DNA of 63,239 nt, filler included, from Neoconidiobolus thromboides FSU 785 (taxonomy: Eukaryota; Fungi; Entomophthoromycota): the NCBI GenBank assembly GCA_025603075.1. It is 7 parts of 7 records of this genome, joined end to end, with 100 filler letters (N's around TTAATTAATTAA, not from the genome) between each part and the next. Parts side by side here need not be neighbours in the genome. Positions count along the whole stretch, not along the records: positions 1 to 16,871 come from MU626586.1; positions 16,972 to 39,334 come from MU626534.1; 5 more parts are not named here. One strand, given 5' to 3'. The notes beneath the pieces were generated by a model. That model had not been told where the DNA came from. It was given only the letters and a program-made list of their open reading frames with translations, and did not search any database. Positions within the stretch are counted from its first letter, which is position 1. The number at the start of each line of letters is the position of its first letter. This document shows positions 13,186 to 24,413 of this stretch, piece after piece. The translations under genes were made by a program, and so were the position numbers.

Positions 13186-14181
13186 TATTATGTAATGATA
13201 AATTACCATTTCTATCTAAAATTTCTTGTTTTAATATACCACAACCCATAACCTCTAACCATTGATTATTAAAATAAATTTCAACTTCCCAAGAAGGTGA
13301 AGTGAATGGAAAATAAGCTTCGATCCAACGAATTTTTAATTTTTGATTTTGATTTTTACCGAATAAATTAAATAACATTTGATTTACAGTCGTTTTTAAA
13401 TCTTTTGTAACTAATTCAATGTCTTTAATATTATGTTCTTTTTGTAATCCGTTACTACTACTTAAATTGTTAAGATTTAATTTTGATTCTTCTACTTCTA
13501 TGCTATTATTAATTTTTTCGTTATTCTCTTGTTGATTATCACTTTCTCTTTTATATTTTTCTAATTGTTCTTTATTGAATAAATGAACTACTTCTAACTG
13601 ATGAAATATAGGATAATGATTCTTATCAACTTCATCTCTTCTATAAACATCAGCACAAATTGTAAATTTATCTACCTCTTTTAATTTATAAACATCTATT
13701 TCATTAGTAGTTGTATGCGTTCTTAACATATAATCTTTATTAAAATAAAAAGAATCCGATTTGCTTCTACCAGGATGATCTTTTTTAACTAATAAATCAT
13801 CAAAATTTCGTGTTGTTTTTACAATTGGTGTATAATCATTGAAATGTTGATAACCTAATAAATTAGCTTGAATTCTGTCTTTAATTAACTTAATCGGATG
13901 TTCATGTTGATTGTGCAATCTTTTTTCAATTTTTTGTAATATATTATTGTTAATATTACTATACTCATCTTTTATATATTCTTTTTCATTGATTTTGTAA
14001 TGTGTGGTTTCATTTTTTAATTCAAATGCAATACTTTTACTTGAAACTATGTAATAAACGGATTAAAATATTATTTAAAGGAAATGGTGTCATATATTAA
14101 CTTACACTTTATTAAATTCAATAATCTATTTTTATTAATTTTATCAATTAATGGAACTCTATTAATTAATAAACAAGTCAT
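12450..14181 (-). CDS. MSF1: Mitochondrial phenylalanyl-tRNA synthetase, multi-exon (start uncertain)
   Basis: NFDDLLV..DHPGRSKSDSFY, LRTHTT, VYRRDE.D..HYPIFHQLE, AYFPFTSPSWEVEI, WLEVMGCG, WAFGLGLER and a C-terminal FDX-ACB domain. Confidence 0.92.
13119..13183. repeat. (TTA)n microsatellite, about 21 units, inside an MSF1 intron
   Basis: Direct reading. Confidence 0.95.
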
Positions 14182-14430
14182 CTTTTATTGTTTCTTTACT
14201 ATAGAATCCTAGTATAATAAAGAGTTAACTTACACTAAACTCAAGTAAATAATTACAAATTTCGTTTCGAAATGGTTATATTATTGGTCATTGAAGCACC
14301 AATAAAAAAAGATAGAATTTCATAGTAGTAAATTGAAAATTAAAGCTACACTACACATAAAACTATTGAATCTTTATTCACTTTTTTAATTTGATATTAT
14401 TCTAACTTTTATAAAAATTTTAAAAAAACT

Positions 14431-14877
14431 ATGGTAACTTATTATTATTTAACTAATACTGTAAAAAACAACGATTTATAAATATATATAAAGCCAATTA
14501 GAAGCAGAAGCTACTGAATAAAAATGAAAAAAAATTCAATGATTTAATTAACATTGAACTTTTATTTAGTCATCTTCCGATTCTCTTGTAGGCTTAAGTT
14601 TAATAGCCTTCGGTTTATTTGCGTTTTCATACTATACATTTTGGGCTGTAATATTGGTAATTTGATCATCTATCTACTTATAGTTTATTAATTAATCGAT
14701 AATATTTTTACTTTACAGCCTTTCTTACCATCGGATCATTTTGCCCAATCATTTTTCCTTGGAAATGATATGGTAGTCTATGCCCCATTAACTATATTAA
14801 TTGTAGGCGTAGCTCTTATTGCAGGTTTTATATCCTCAGTATTATATAAGAAAGCTAATAAGAAAAAGTCTACTTAA
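14431..14877 (+). CDS. DPM2: Dolichol-phosphate-mannose synthase regulatory subunit DPM2 (absent from the ORF track)
   Basis: Exons 14431-14433 (ATG only), 14570-14656 and 14719-14877 give MSSSDSLVGLSLIAFGLFAFSYYTFWAVILPFLPSDHFAQSFFL...PLTILIVGVALIAGFISSVLYKKANKKKST*; YYT.W..LPF motif and two TM helices. Confidence 0.88.
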
Positions 14878-15272
14878 TTGTAAGAATAAAATGAACTTAT
14901 TTTCGTACAAATTATGGTAATTATTTTGAATAATACAGGCTTTGCTTTAGTTTATTTTTTCTATCCATGGAAACGTTGAGGGAGAGAGTTGATTGATAGT
15001 ATATTTTAGATTTCAATTTAAATATGTTAGATAAGTAGAAATAAGGTAAAAATACTCAATCTAGATCATATCATAACATAATTTGAGATAGGATATTTAT
15101 TATTTTGACTACAATCATGAAAAGCAGAAAATAGAAAAATAGTTAGAATTTCTAATAAAACTAAATTTACTATTGTTACAAATACTATATACAAAAATAT
15201 TAAAAAGTGAACCTTAATAAACTATTATAAAAGCAATAAATATAATAATTTCTGCTATGGTACAGTAAATAA

Positions 15273-15343
15273 GTCATTGTAGTATAGTGGTAGTACACCG
15301 CGTTGTGGCCGCGATAGCGGGGGTTCGATTCCCCCCAATGACA
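15273..15343 (+). tRNA. tRNA-His(GTG)
   Basis: GTCATTG/CAATGAC acceptor stem; anticodon loop TTGTGGC; TTCGA T-loop; downstream T-run terminator. Confidence 0.93.
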
Positions 15344-15450
15344 ACACTTTTTAACTGAAAAACGAGGTCTAATTCCAAACAAAAACAAAAAGAATTAATT
15401 TGAGCTGATGAAATTATCTCTTCTTTTATTTAAAAGGAACACGGTTTCCA

Positions 15451-15996
15451 ATGAAAATATTATGTTTTGGAGATTCAATAACAAAAGGATATGCCAGTGA
15501 GTTTTCAACCTATTTCGAAGATAATACTATTTACAACGGTGGTGAGAATGGTGGATTAGTAACAGAAATGGAAAATCGATTAACTAATTTATTACTCAAG
15601 AACCAATATGATATAATCATCTTATTAGGAGGCGTCAATGACCTTGGTAGTGATATTGAAATCAATAAAATTGTACATGGTTTCAAAAAAGTTTATCAAA
15701 TTATAAATAATAATAAATGTGTGAAGAAGTTGATTCATTTAACTATTCCATTTAATGCATTTGATAAGTTCGAATCTGAAAAAAAGAATAAGATGGAATT
15801 AAATGATTCTATTGAAAAGCAACTACATAGTGATAAAAGAATAATATTTGATTTGAACAACACTGAATTCAATTATTTAAATTTGAATGATATCGAAAGA
15901 AAGTTATATTGGGACGATAGTATTCATTATTCAAGCTTGGATTATAAACTATTAGCTAAAAATATTTTTACCTTTTACACAAATTTACTCTCTTAA
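15451..15996 (+). CDS. SGNH/GDSL-type hydrolase, intronless
   Basis: Block I FGDSIT, block III GGVND, block V DSIH. Confidence 0.85.
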   Translation: MKILCFGDSITKGYASEFSTYFEDNTIYNGGENGGLVTEMENRLTNLLLKNQYDIIILLGGVNDLGSDIEINKIVHGFKKVYQIINNNKCVKKLIHLTIPFNAFDKFESEKKNKMELNDSIEKQLHSDKRIIFDLNNTEFNYLNLNDIERKLYWDDSIHYSSLDYKLLAKNIFTFYTNLLS

Positions 15997-16180
15997 ACCT
16001 TGAGACAGTTCAAATTAGATTTTACCTCTCTTTGATAGAACTCTGGGCTTTTTTTGATTCCCTTTTTCTTTCCTTTTCCCTTTTCATGCACATTTTATTT
16101 ACCTTTTTAAAATCAAATAAGATATCCATATATTAAAAGAATTAGTTGCTATTCCTTATGAGATTATACCATGATTAAAG

Positions 16181-16871
16181 TAGAGTAGAATCTATATCAA
16201 GAGGTAACTAAAATAATTTCATGTAACGGTTGAATTAATTCATTTAGTTAAAAGATGGATAATTCAAAATATATCACCACTGCTGCTGTTGCTTCAGCCA
16301 TCACTGCCCCCCTTGTTTATTATTTAACTAGTAGCTCTTATGCTAAAAAGAATAGTGTAAGTACCCAAAGTATTCAGCGTCAAGCTTTAGCTGAAGAAGC
16401 CCAAGAAGAGTTAAAAAAGTTAAAGGAAAACTTAAAGAGAAAGGAGTTGATAGAGAAGGAGTATGAGCAAGTTAAAGCAACCTTAGAAAAATATGAAAAA
16501 GAAATGAAAAAAAAGGAAGAAGAAAGTAAGTTTTTAAACGGTAATAATGAAGATTTACAAAAAGAAGTAATTCAATTCACTGTCGAAGAAAAGAATAAAT
16601 TAGAAGAGGAAATCAAACAGTTGAAACAAGAAATCAAAAAAGGTCAAGTTAATGGTATTGATACTCAAAAAGTTGATGAAGAACTTAAAGAATATAAACA
16701 AAAGTTAACTGATGCTATCAAAGAACTTGAAGAAGAGCGTAAGAAAAATGAAACCGATGGTCAACAATCTTCCACTGATTCTGCTACTATTGAACAACTT
16801 AAACTTGAATTACAAGAAGCTGAAAGTGGTAAAGCACAGAATGAAATTACCATGGTTAAATTACGTGAAAA
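16181..16871. repeat. Right arm of 691-bp inverted repeat
   Basis: Reverse complement of 1-691. Confidence 0.95.
16255..16871 (+). CDS. Partial N-anchored coiled-coil protein, copy B (runs into gap)
   Basis: Open frame from ATG 16255 to contig end; ITTAAVASAITAPLVYYL anchor then coiled coil. Confidence 0.75.
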
Positions 16872-16971
16872 NNNNNNNNNNNNNNNNNNNNNNNNNNNNN
16901 NNNNNNNNNNNNNNNTTAATTAATTAANNNNNNNNNNNNNNNNNNNNNNNNNNNNNNNNNNNNNNNNNNNN
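16872..16971. other. Artificial contig linker (also at 39335-39434, 42087-42186, 47228-47327, 60312-60411, 62115-62214)
   Basis: 44 N + TTAATTAATTAA (stops in all six frames) + 44 N, identical each time. Confidence 0.98.
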
Positions 16972-17061
16972 AACAAACCGGTCCATTAACCTTAAAATAA
17001 TACATCCGTGTTATCAACTCATTTAACGTTTATAATATCATTACATACTATTAACAAGAAG

Positions 17062-17069
17062 TATAAATA
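17062..17069 (+). promoter_or_regulatory. TATA box of the small peptide gene
   Basis: TATAAATA 68 bp upstream of ATG 17130; the paralog has TATAAAT at equivalent spacing (~20154). Confidence 0.5.
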
Positions 17070-17129
17070 GTGGTGGTTTTATCATACTATATAATTATAT
17101 TACATTAGATACAAATTACTATATACAAA

Positions 17130-17255
17130 ATGCAACTTACTTTCCTTATCGCTTACACTGTTTACATTATGTCTGTAATCACTTCAGTTCCTACTAATAA
17201 CCAACCAGCTGCTGATAAACCCAAAGCAATTGAAATCCGTCGTCACTGGCCTTAA
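17130..17255 (+). CDS. 41-aa secreted peptide precursor (signal peptide, pro-region, RR, HWP)
   Basis: MQLTFLIAYTVYIMSVITSVPTNNQPAADKPKAIEIRRHWP*; C-rich codons unlike the flanks; TATA box; homologous copy at 20221. Confidence 0.7.
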   Translation: MQLTFLIAYTVYIMSVITSVPTNNQPAADKPKAIEIRRHWP

Positions 17256-18957
17256 ACATGAAGTCAGATCTTGACTACTATTACCTGGATATTCATTTAT
17301 AAATAAATAGGATATTTGAAAAAATAATATTTTTTGTCTTTTTATATCAAAATTTGTGTTTTTTATTGCTTATAATAGATAAATATTACTATTTAATAAC
17401 AATAGATCATTTAAATAAGCGAGCTTCTATGCTTTATAGTCTTCATTATAATATCTAAACCAGAAACTTTACTATTTAACTAAAAAAACACCTACTTAAT
17501 TTGTAGCTAGTTTCTAAAAAATTGTAATTTACCACCATGAATAAATCCAACTTAACATTGTCATTGAGCATTGTAATATCTAGAAGCACCGATGTCAAAA
17601 ACTGCTTTAGTATTTGTGTTCCTTCTATTATCTAATAAGCTAGAAACTATAACCATTTATTCGCCTAAACCTAATCAATGGAGTAGTGTAAGATTATTAA
17701 TATATATGTCTTCTCCAAAAAAAGGTCTGGGGTTATAGAGATCCGTTTGGTAGGGGGTACTGACTAAGTAAGTAGTTTTTTTTTACTGCAAAGAATTCCT
17801 ATTTTGGGCAGAATTTTATTCTAAATAAAAAAACTAATATCTAGAATAGAAACATAGCTGTTGTATACTTTTAATAAGGTTAAACTAGGGAGTTTAGGGT
17901 TAGGGGTAGTATTTATATTCAATTAAATTTAACCTAAAATTTGTCTGATAAAAAGCAATACTTTACCAAAAAAAGTACTATCTACCCACTTATTGCCATC
18001 TGTTATACGTTCAACAGCTTTAGTATGTTTTTTGACTGCAGTGATTCCCTTTACACGCGATTTAGGTATAAAAGATAACATGATACATGCAATTTAGAAG
18101 TCAAAGTTATATAAGTCAGTGCTAATTACAGCACTTGTGAATTATTTTTCTGATAACGAAGTTTTGAATTAGATACTATTAAATTGATTCCTTTACTTTA
18201 TGAAGTTTTTGTAGTTTGTTATTTTAAATTAGCATTTAATCTTATTTTATATAGTATTTAGTGAGATGATTCTATTGATTAAATTTAGTTATCAACCTTT
18301 TCTTAGATTACTCCTCCCTATTGAAGATTTAGTTTATTCAAAAAAACCAAAGATGGGAACAAAATAACCACATAAAAGAAAAATCAATCAGGAGCCCTAT
18401 ACCTATTGGAAGCTGGTAAAGTAACTGTTTTTTCCCAGTTAAGCGGCTAAAACGAAGAGAATTGACTATTAAAGGAATTAATTTGGTTACGAATGAAAAA
18501 AGTTTTTCCTATAGTAGCTTTTTCCATCCAAAGACTAGAACTTACTTAGATGGTGATAAAGAGATAAAGTAACAAAAGAGCTTATTGAAGATCCTTTGAA
18601 TAATTTACACAGTATATAAAGCTATAAAAAGTTTATTAAAGTTGTCTAACTCAATAATTAAAATAAGAGTAAAATCAAAAGACAATGACCATGATAGAGG
18701 ACAATCAAATTTAATGTTAAAAGCAAAACTACAGGCATAGTAGGAATCTTGGATGAAATAATATGGTATAAAGTTATTTTATATATATTATTTAAAAGCA
18801 GAATAAAATATTAAGCTATTATTAGTTTTAAAAAAATCTCAAAATAGGGCAAGTCTTAAATGGTTCATCATTTTAGTTTTGAAGGTAAATACAAAGAGTA
18901 AATAAAAGAGATAATAAGATATATACAGAGAACGAAATAAATCTAGTGCTATTAATT

Positions 18958-19920
18958 TTAGTTTGGTAACTCTCTATTACCTTCGATTACAATCTTCATA
19001 TCAGTTATTTTTTTAGAATATATCTTTTCAAATGATTGAATCAAATCTTCATTAAAATCATGAGAATATCGGAATGCAACTGATTTTTCGTTATTATATG
19101 GATTAAACATATCAGTAGATTTAGTTATAATTGGATACATTACTCATTCAAATGGTCGATTCCTCTTTGTTCTTTGTTTATAATAGATTGATAAGATCAA
19201 AAGTATTAGAAAAGCTACACCTGTAGAGCCGCCTAGACTAAATTCCATTGATTTATTAGCATTGCTACTATCCTTAGTATTATTTCTTATTATTGTAATA
19301 TAGTACATACTTTACCAGTTCTACAATAACAAAAAATAATAAATTAACGACAATACACCAAGTATTAGTATCAATTGATTAAATTCTATCACTGTCAACA
19401 AATCCGAGCAATTGAGTAAAAAAGTTAAGCTATTAATTATAATACGCCATACAACCAAAATCTAAACTGAAAGTAAAGTTTGCTTCTTCGAGATTAAGGG
19501 AACTGGTATTTAATTTATAAGGGCCTAAATTTACAGCAACTGTAGATTGAAATAAATAGAATTTTCCACTTTTACTATTTTAATTGTTTCATTCTTTCTT
19601 GAATTGTTAAATTTATTAATAGTTAATATACCATTTAATAAATTATATCCATATGGCTGGTGAAATTTTATTCGTGATTGATAACTAAACTCACTCTTTG
19701 ATTCAAAATAATTAATCTTATCATTTAATGTGGACATTTCGCCCCTAGTAACTACTCAAGTATTAAATAATGTCTTTAATTCGTTTGTTTCAATCTTATA
19801 TGATGTTAAAAGTGATGTTTTAAAGTCTCTCTCATTATCATATATACCACCAATATAAAATTGGTTTAAATTCAAACCATTTTGTATATTGAAAGTATAC
19901 TAATATATAGCATCTGCTAT
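18958..19920 (-). pseudogene. Decayed Kelch-like/TM protein gene
   Basis: Stop-interrupted frames: QFYIGGIYD..SYKIETNELK (Kelch-like), then FSLGGSTGVAFLILLILSIYYKQRTKRNR (TM + basic). 5' limit uncertain. Confidence 0.5.
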
Positions 19921-20220
19921 CATACTATGATCATTATTTAATTTACTAATATTATAATAACTAACGAATGATCCTTTATTTTTAGGCTAATGAAAGTTAA
20001 TAATTGTATCACTTTTTTTACCAAGATAATAAGAATATGAGGATGTGCTTTTGTGTTTAAGTTTTAAACAAACTACTTTATTAATATTAAATTAATACAT
20101 TTATACTATCAACTTTAATTAAAGTTTTATTATAAATTATAATATCATTAAAATATAAATATTAAAGATTTTATTATCTTGTAAAATTATATTATATTAT
20201 ATACGTTACTTACAAATCCA

Positions 20221-20351
20221 ATGTGACTTACTTTCTTTATTGCTTATATTGTTTATATTCTATCTATAATCATTTAATTTTTATTAATAACTAGCTAGCT
20301 ATTAATATAGCTAATGCAATGTAATTAAAATTTGCTATCACTGACTTTAAA
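20221..20351 (+). pseudogene. Degenerate paralog of the 17130 peptide gene
   Basis: ATG TGA CTT ACT TTC TTT ATT GCT TAT ATT GTT TAT aligns with ATG CAA CTT ACT TTC CTT ATC GCT TAC ACT GTT TAC; ends tcactgactttaaacat vs tcactggccttaaacat. Confidence 0.8.
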
Positions 20352-20581
20352 CATTAAATTAAACCTTATATTGTTATTAATTAAAAATTAGAGTGAATTT
20401 TCTGATTTTTATTATTAATAAATATAATGTAATATCTATAAAATCAAGAAAAAAGGTTATATATTGAAATATTGAAGATGCTAAAAATAAATATTTTAAT
20501 TAACTATAAATATTTGAATATTTAAAATAGTTTATTAACTTTATTAAAGAAAATAAAAATTAATAATAAAAATTAATAAAT

Positions 20582-21988
20582 TTATTTTAAAATTTGATTA
20601 ATAAATTGTAATATTTTTTGTTTGGCATCTACTACTTCTAATTGATCATTACTATCTGGTTTATAGATATCCATTGAATGTGAGCCATTAATAACATTAA
20701 TAATTTTCATTGAATCATATGTTGAATTAATAATAGATAATGAAGACCAAGGATCTAATTGACCATTAACTAATAATAAATTATTAACTTTAATATTTTT
20801 ACTGTTATAATTTAAATTTGTTTTTGTTACATTTAATATTAAATTATTATTAATTCCAAATGTATTTTTACAATAGAATTCCATATTAAAATTAATAGTT
20901 AATAATTTCGATCTTACTGGTAATTGATTTAATGGGGCTGTTTGCCAATATCCAAATTCAGTACAACATTGATACATCCATTGTCTAAAAGCATCTCCAC
21001 GATTCGGTTTTTCAATTGAATTGTATTTTAAATAATTGAAATCCTCTCCGCATTTCTTGTTATTTAAACGGAGTTTAAAATCTCTAATAAAATCTTCAAA
21101 CTTTTCTTTTGATGTCCCATTTAACATTAATGAATTACAATAATTTTTTAAATTATTTTTTTCATTATATTGAACTAAAGCAGATAAATATAAAAAAGCT
21201 AAACCAAACTCATCATCTTTAACAGTTTCACATGTGAATCTCTTTTTCAATTCATACTTCTCTTCTATACTTCCATTCAATAATATATTATTAATAAATT
21301 CAAAGTTTTCTAAATGATAATTTAAACATGATTGTCCTCCGTGAGTTAATAATGCTTTTTGAACCATTAAATCATATTCAAAGAAATCTATTTTAGCTTC
21401 TAATGCAGCTGATGAAGCAATAGCCCCATGAAATGTATCTGGATACTTGTATTTTGCCCAAGCAGCTAAATTCCCTGCATAACTAGCGCCATGTAAAATC
21501 CATTGAGTATTCTTATTTTTCTCACTTATATTTTTAACAAAATTAACAATATCTAAAATAGCTAATTCAGATGTTAGATATTTTAAACTATTTAAAGATA
21601 AATCTTGTTTTGGATAAGATTCACCATAGAATCGATGTTCTAATGCATAGATAATACCTCCTTGTTGTTCTGCTGCCGTTGTTAAGATTGAATTAGTCGT
21701 CCAATAATCCCCATATAATTCTCCTTCCGCACCAATAAATAAGAAAGCTGGACCTCCAGGACGATAATATTGATCATTTATAAAATAACGTTGGGACCAA
21801 TAACCAGATTCTAATTCAGAATTATTATGGGATAAAGATTGATTAAACCATAATTGTTGTACTGAATTAAGTAATCGACTATTATGAGCTAATTGAGTAG
21901 GTGATGGATCTCTGTATTTAAAATATAAGAAATTGCTATGAATGAACAGTGGAAATAAGAAGAAAAGGAGATTATAAATTGGATTCAT
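20582..21988 (-). CDS. Secreted serine peptidase, family S28 (prolyl carboxypeptidase/DPP7-like), intronless
   Basis: Signal peptide; QRYFIN, GGPAFLFIGAEG, LEHRFYGES, nucleophile HGASYAG, QCCTEFGYWQT, NGQLDPW, SHSMD. Confidence 0.92.
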   Translation of the reverse strand: MNPIYNLLFFLFPLFIHSNFLYFKYRDPSPTQLAHNSRLLNSVQQLWFNQSLSHNNSELESGYWSQRYFINDQYYRPGGPAFLFIGAEGELYGDYWTTNSILTTAAEQQGGIIYALEHRFYGESYPKQDLSLNSLKYLTSELAILDIVNFVKNISEKNKNTQWILHGASYAGNLAAWAKYKYPDTFHGAIASSAALEAKIDFFEYDLMVQKALLTHGGQSCLNYHLENFEFINNILLNGSIEEKYELKKRFTCETVKDDEFGLAFLYLSALVQYNEKNNLKNYCNSLMLNGTSKEKFEDFIRDFKLRLNNKKCGEDFNYLKYNSIEKPNRGDAFRQWMYQCCTEFGYWQTAPLNQLPVRSKLLTINFNMEFYCKNTFGINNNLILNVTKTNLNYNSKNIKVNNLLLVNGQLDPWSSLSIINSTYDSMKIINVINGSHSMDIYKPDSNDQLEVVDAKQKILQFINQILK

Positions 21989-22860
21989 TTTTCTTTAATT
22001 TTGATTTTAATTAAAATAGAAATCAATGCAATTTGAATTCATTTTTATATTAATTTATACTAATTTATTGAAACTTATTGAAATTTAGATTCCTATTTAT
22101 GTTATTCTTTAGATGAGAAAATGATATATTTTATAATTAGATTACTTGTTTATTCTATAAAACACAACAAGTTATTAAGCTTGTGCTTGCATCTTCAGTC
22201 TATATTAAAAGCGATAATTAGTTATTACAGATAAATAGTAATATTTACTAGTATATTGAATTATCAATTGGATAATAAGCCTATGATTTATGTAATGAAA
22301 ATAGTTCGTATTTTATTTATCTTAGGTTTGGCAAGGGATTGATTACTATTTTTATTCAATTTATAATTAACCGTTTTTATAAAATTTTTTAATATTCTTA
22401 GGTCTAAAACAATTAAATCGCTTTTTTTATTTATCTTATCAAAGTATAAATGATTAGAAATTACAAAACTAATCCTTCAAAAAGGACTTTTATTATTTGA
22501 TTTAATATTAAATAGTTTAATAACATGGGGTTTGTTTTTTTAGTTTCATTACTTTTTCCATTTTTAAGCGCTATTTGAGTGGAAGGATTCCCAATAAAAT
22601 TCTTAAATATAAAAATAAATCCTCATATATTATTTCTTTTATTTTACCTTATCAAACACTAATTAAAATGTCATTTGTTATCTATTTATCAGCAGGAAAT
22701 ACTTTATAAAAATGTAGTATTATTTTATTTAAATATTTAAATGATAATATGATATAAAGCTAATAATAATAAAGCAAAATTAGTTGATATTTACTTTTAT
22801 TAAAAAAGATTTAATTAAATAACTTAATTACTTAATTATCTTTCTTTAAAATTAGAAAAT

Positions 22861-22959
22861 GGGGATGTTTTTTTTGGTTTCATTATTTTTTCCATCTTTT
22901 AAGCGCTATTTGAGTAAAAAAATTGTTAGTAAAATTCTTAAATACAAAAATACATCCCT
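22861..22959 (-). mobile_element. MITE copy
   Basis: AAAT direct repeat on both flanks. Confidence 0.85.
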
Positions 22960-24413
22960 AAATATTATAAGTTCACTATAAATTTTTGTAATTTTTATTA
23001 AAAAAATAATTTAAGAGTATAATCTAATGCCTTTTTGACTGCTTAACAAGGTAATAGTTTTAATACTAAATTATTATACTTTTAAGTTTTATAAACTTTT
23101 AATAAATTTTACATTAATGATCAAAAACTAAGTTATAAAGCAAATTAAAAGTAATACAAAAATAAGTTAAATATGAAATTCAGAGTATAATGTAGCTTTT
23201 TAGTTGCTTATGTTAATAGGAGCTTAAATCCAAGTTATTCTTTTGTTGATGATTTTATAGTGATAAGTACTATCTAACCTGTTCTCACTTCTGAAGCATT
23301 TCAACTTAGCTCTATTCTAATTTTAATAAAAAAACAAAATGTCATCTTGAAATTAGTTTATTGAACTTTTTAAGCTCATATTTCAAGAAAAAGTTAACTC
23401 AAAATGAATAGAGAAACTGGTTGAAGTAGAGTAGAGTAGAGTTGAATTATTACACTCATAAGATCTATTTCAATAATCAGTTTATCTTCAATTAAAGCAA
23501 TAGCTTTAAGACCAAAAAACAAGTAACTGATGATACATCAATAATATTCTTTAAAAAATATTATTTTTTTAAGTAATTAGAAAACTTCAACTACATTAAT
23601 AATATTCAACATCTTACTACAGCTCTATATTGTAATATCAACATTCTAAACAAAGTAAATATACATCGAATTATTTTAAAGTAACGTGGTATTGAAGAAT
23701 TTAATTCAACAAACCAATGAAATGAAAGATTTAAAATTAAGGTTTTTATTTTATAAAATAGTATTAAATATTAATAATAAACTATTTCAATTTGAATCCC
23801 TCTTTTTATAAATAAAAGTTGATCTATTAGATGACACTCTTTGTATTAGTAAAAGGAGTTAGTTAGCTTGTATATTACTTCTTTTTTTGTATTTATAGGT
23901 TTAAAATACATTGAGTTGGTATTATTTTAATAATAAAATATAAGTTATAGATGATAAGAGTGAATAAATTAAGTTCTTAATTTAAAATCAAGCAATGTTA
24001 TAATATCATTAAGAACTAACAAATAACAGCCTTAATACTATAAGCTTAACATTTAACTTAATAACTTTAATAACACTAATAATATTAAATAATTAAAATT
24101 ACCTTATATAGTAATAATGATGGGATGTATCAATGTTTGATAATACAAATGGGGGTGTTTTTTTATTTCATCACTTTTTCCATCTTTTAAGCACTATTTG
24201 AGTAGAAAGCTATTAGTAAAATTCTTCAACAAAAAACACATCTCAAATGTTATTTCTAAATATAATTTAAATGTTCGCGAAACAACGATAATAATGAATT
24301 CAATTAATTAGTTAAATTCAATTACTAAATTAAGCTTTTATAGAATTTCAATTTATTAATTGAACTATACTATAAATAAAAAATAAATAAAAACTGAGAA
24401 TCCATTTTCACTA

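Noticed and set aside
16916-16927. TTAATTAATTAA palindrome recurring six times
   Set aside because: Always centred in identical N-runs: an artificial all-frame-stop linker. ORFs running into it have false ends.
17894-17906. TTTAGGGTTAGGGG telomere-like stretch
   Set aside because: Only two units, internal, expected by chance.
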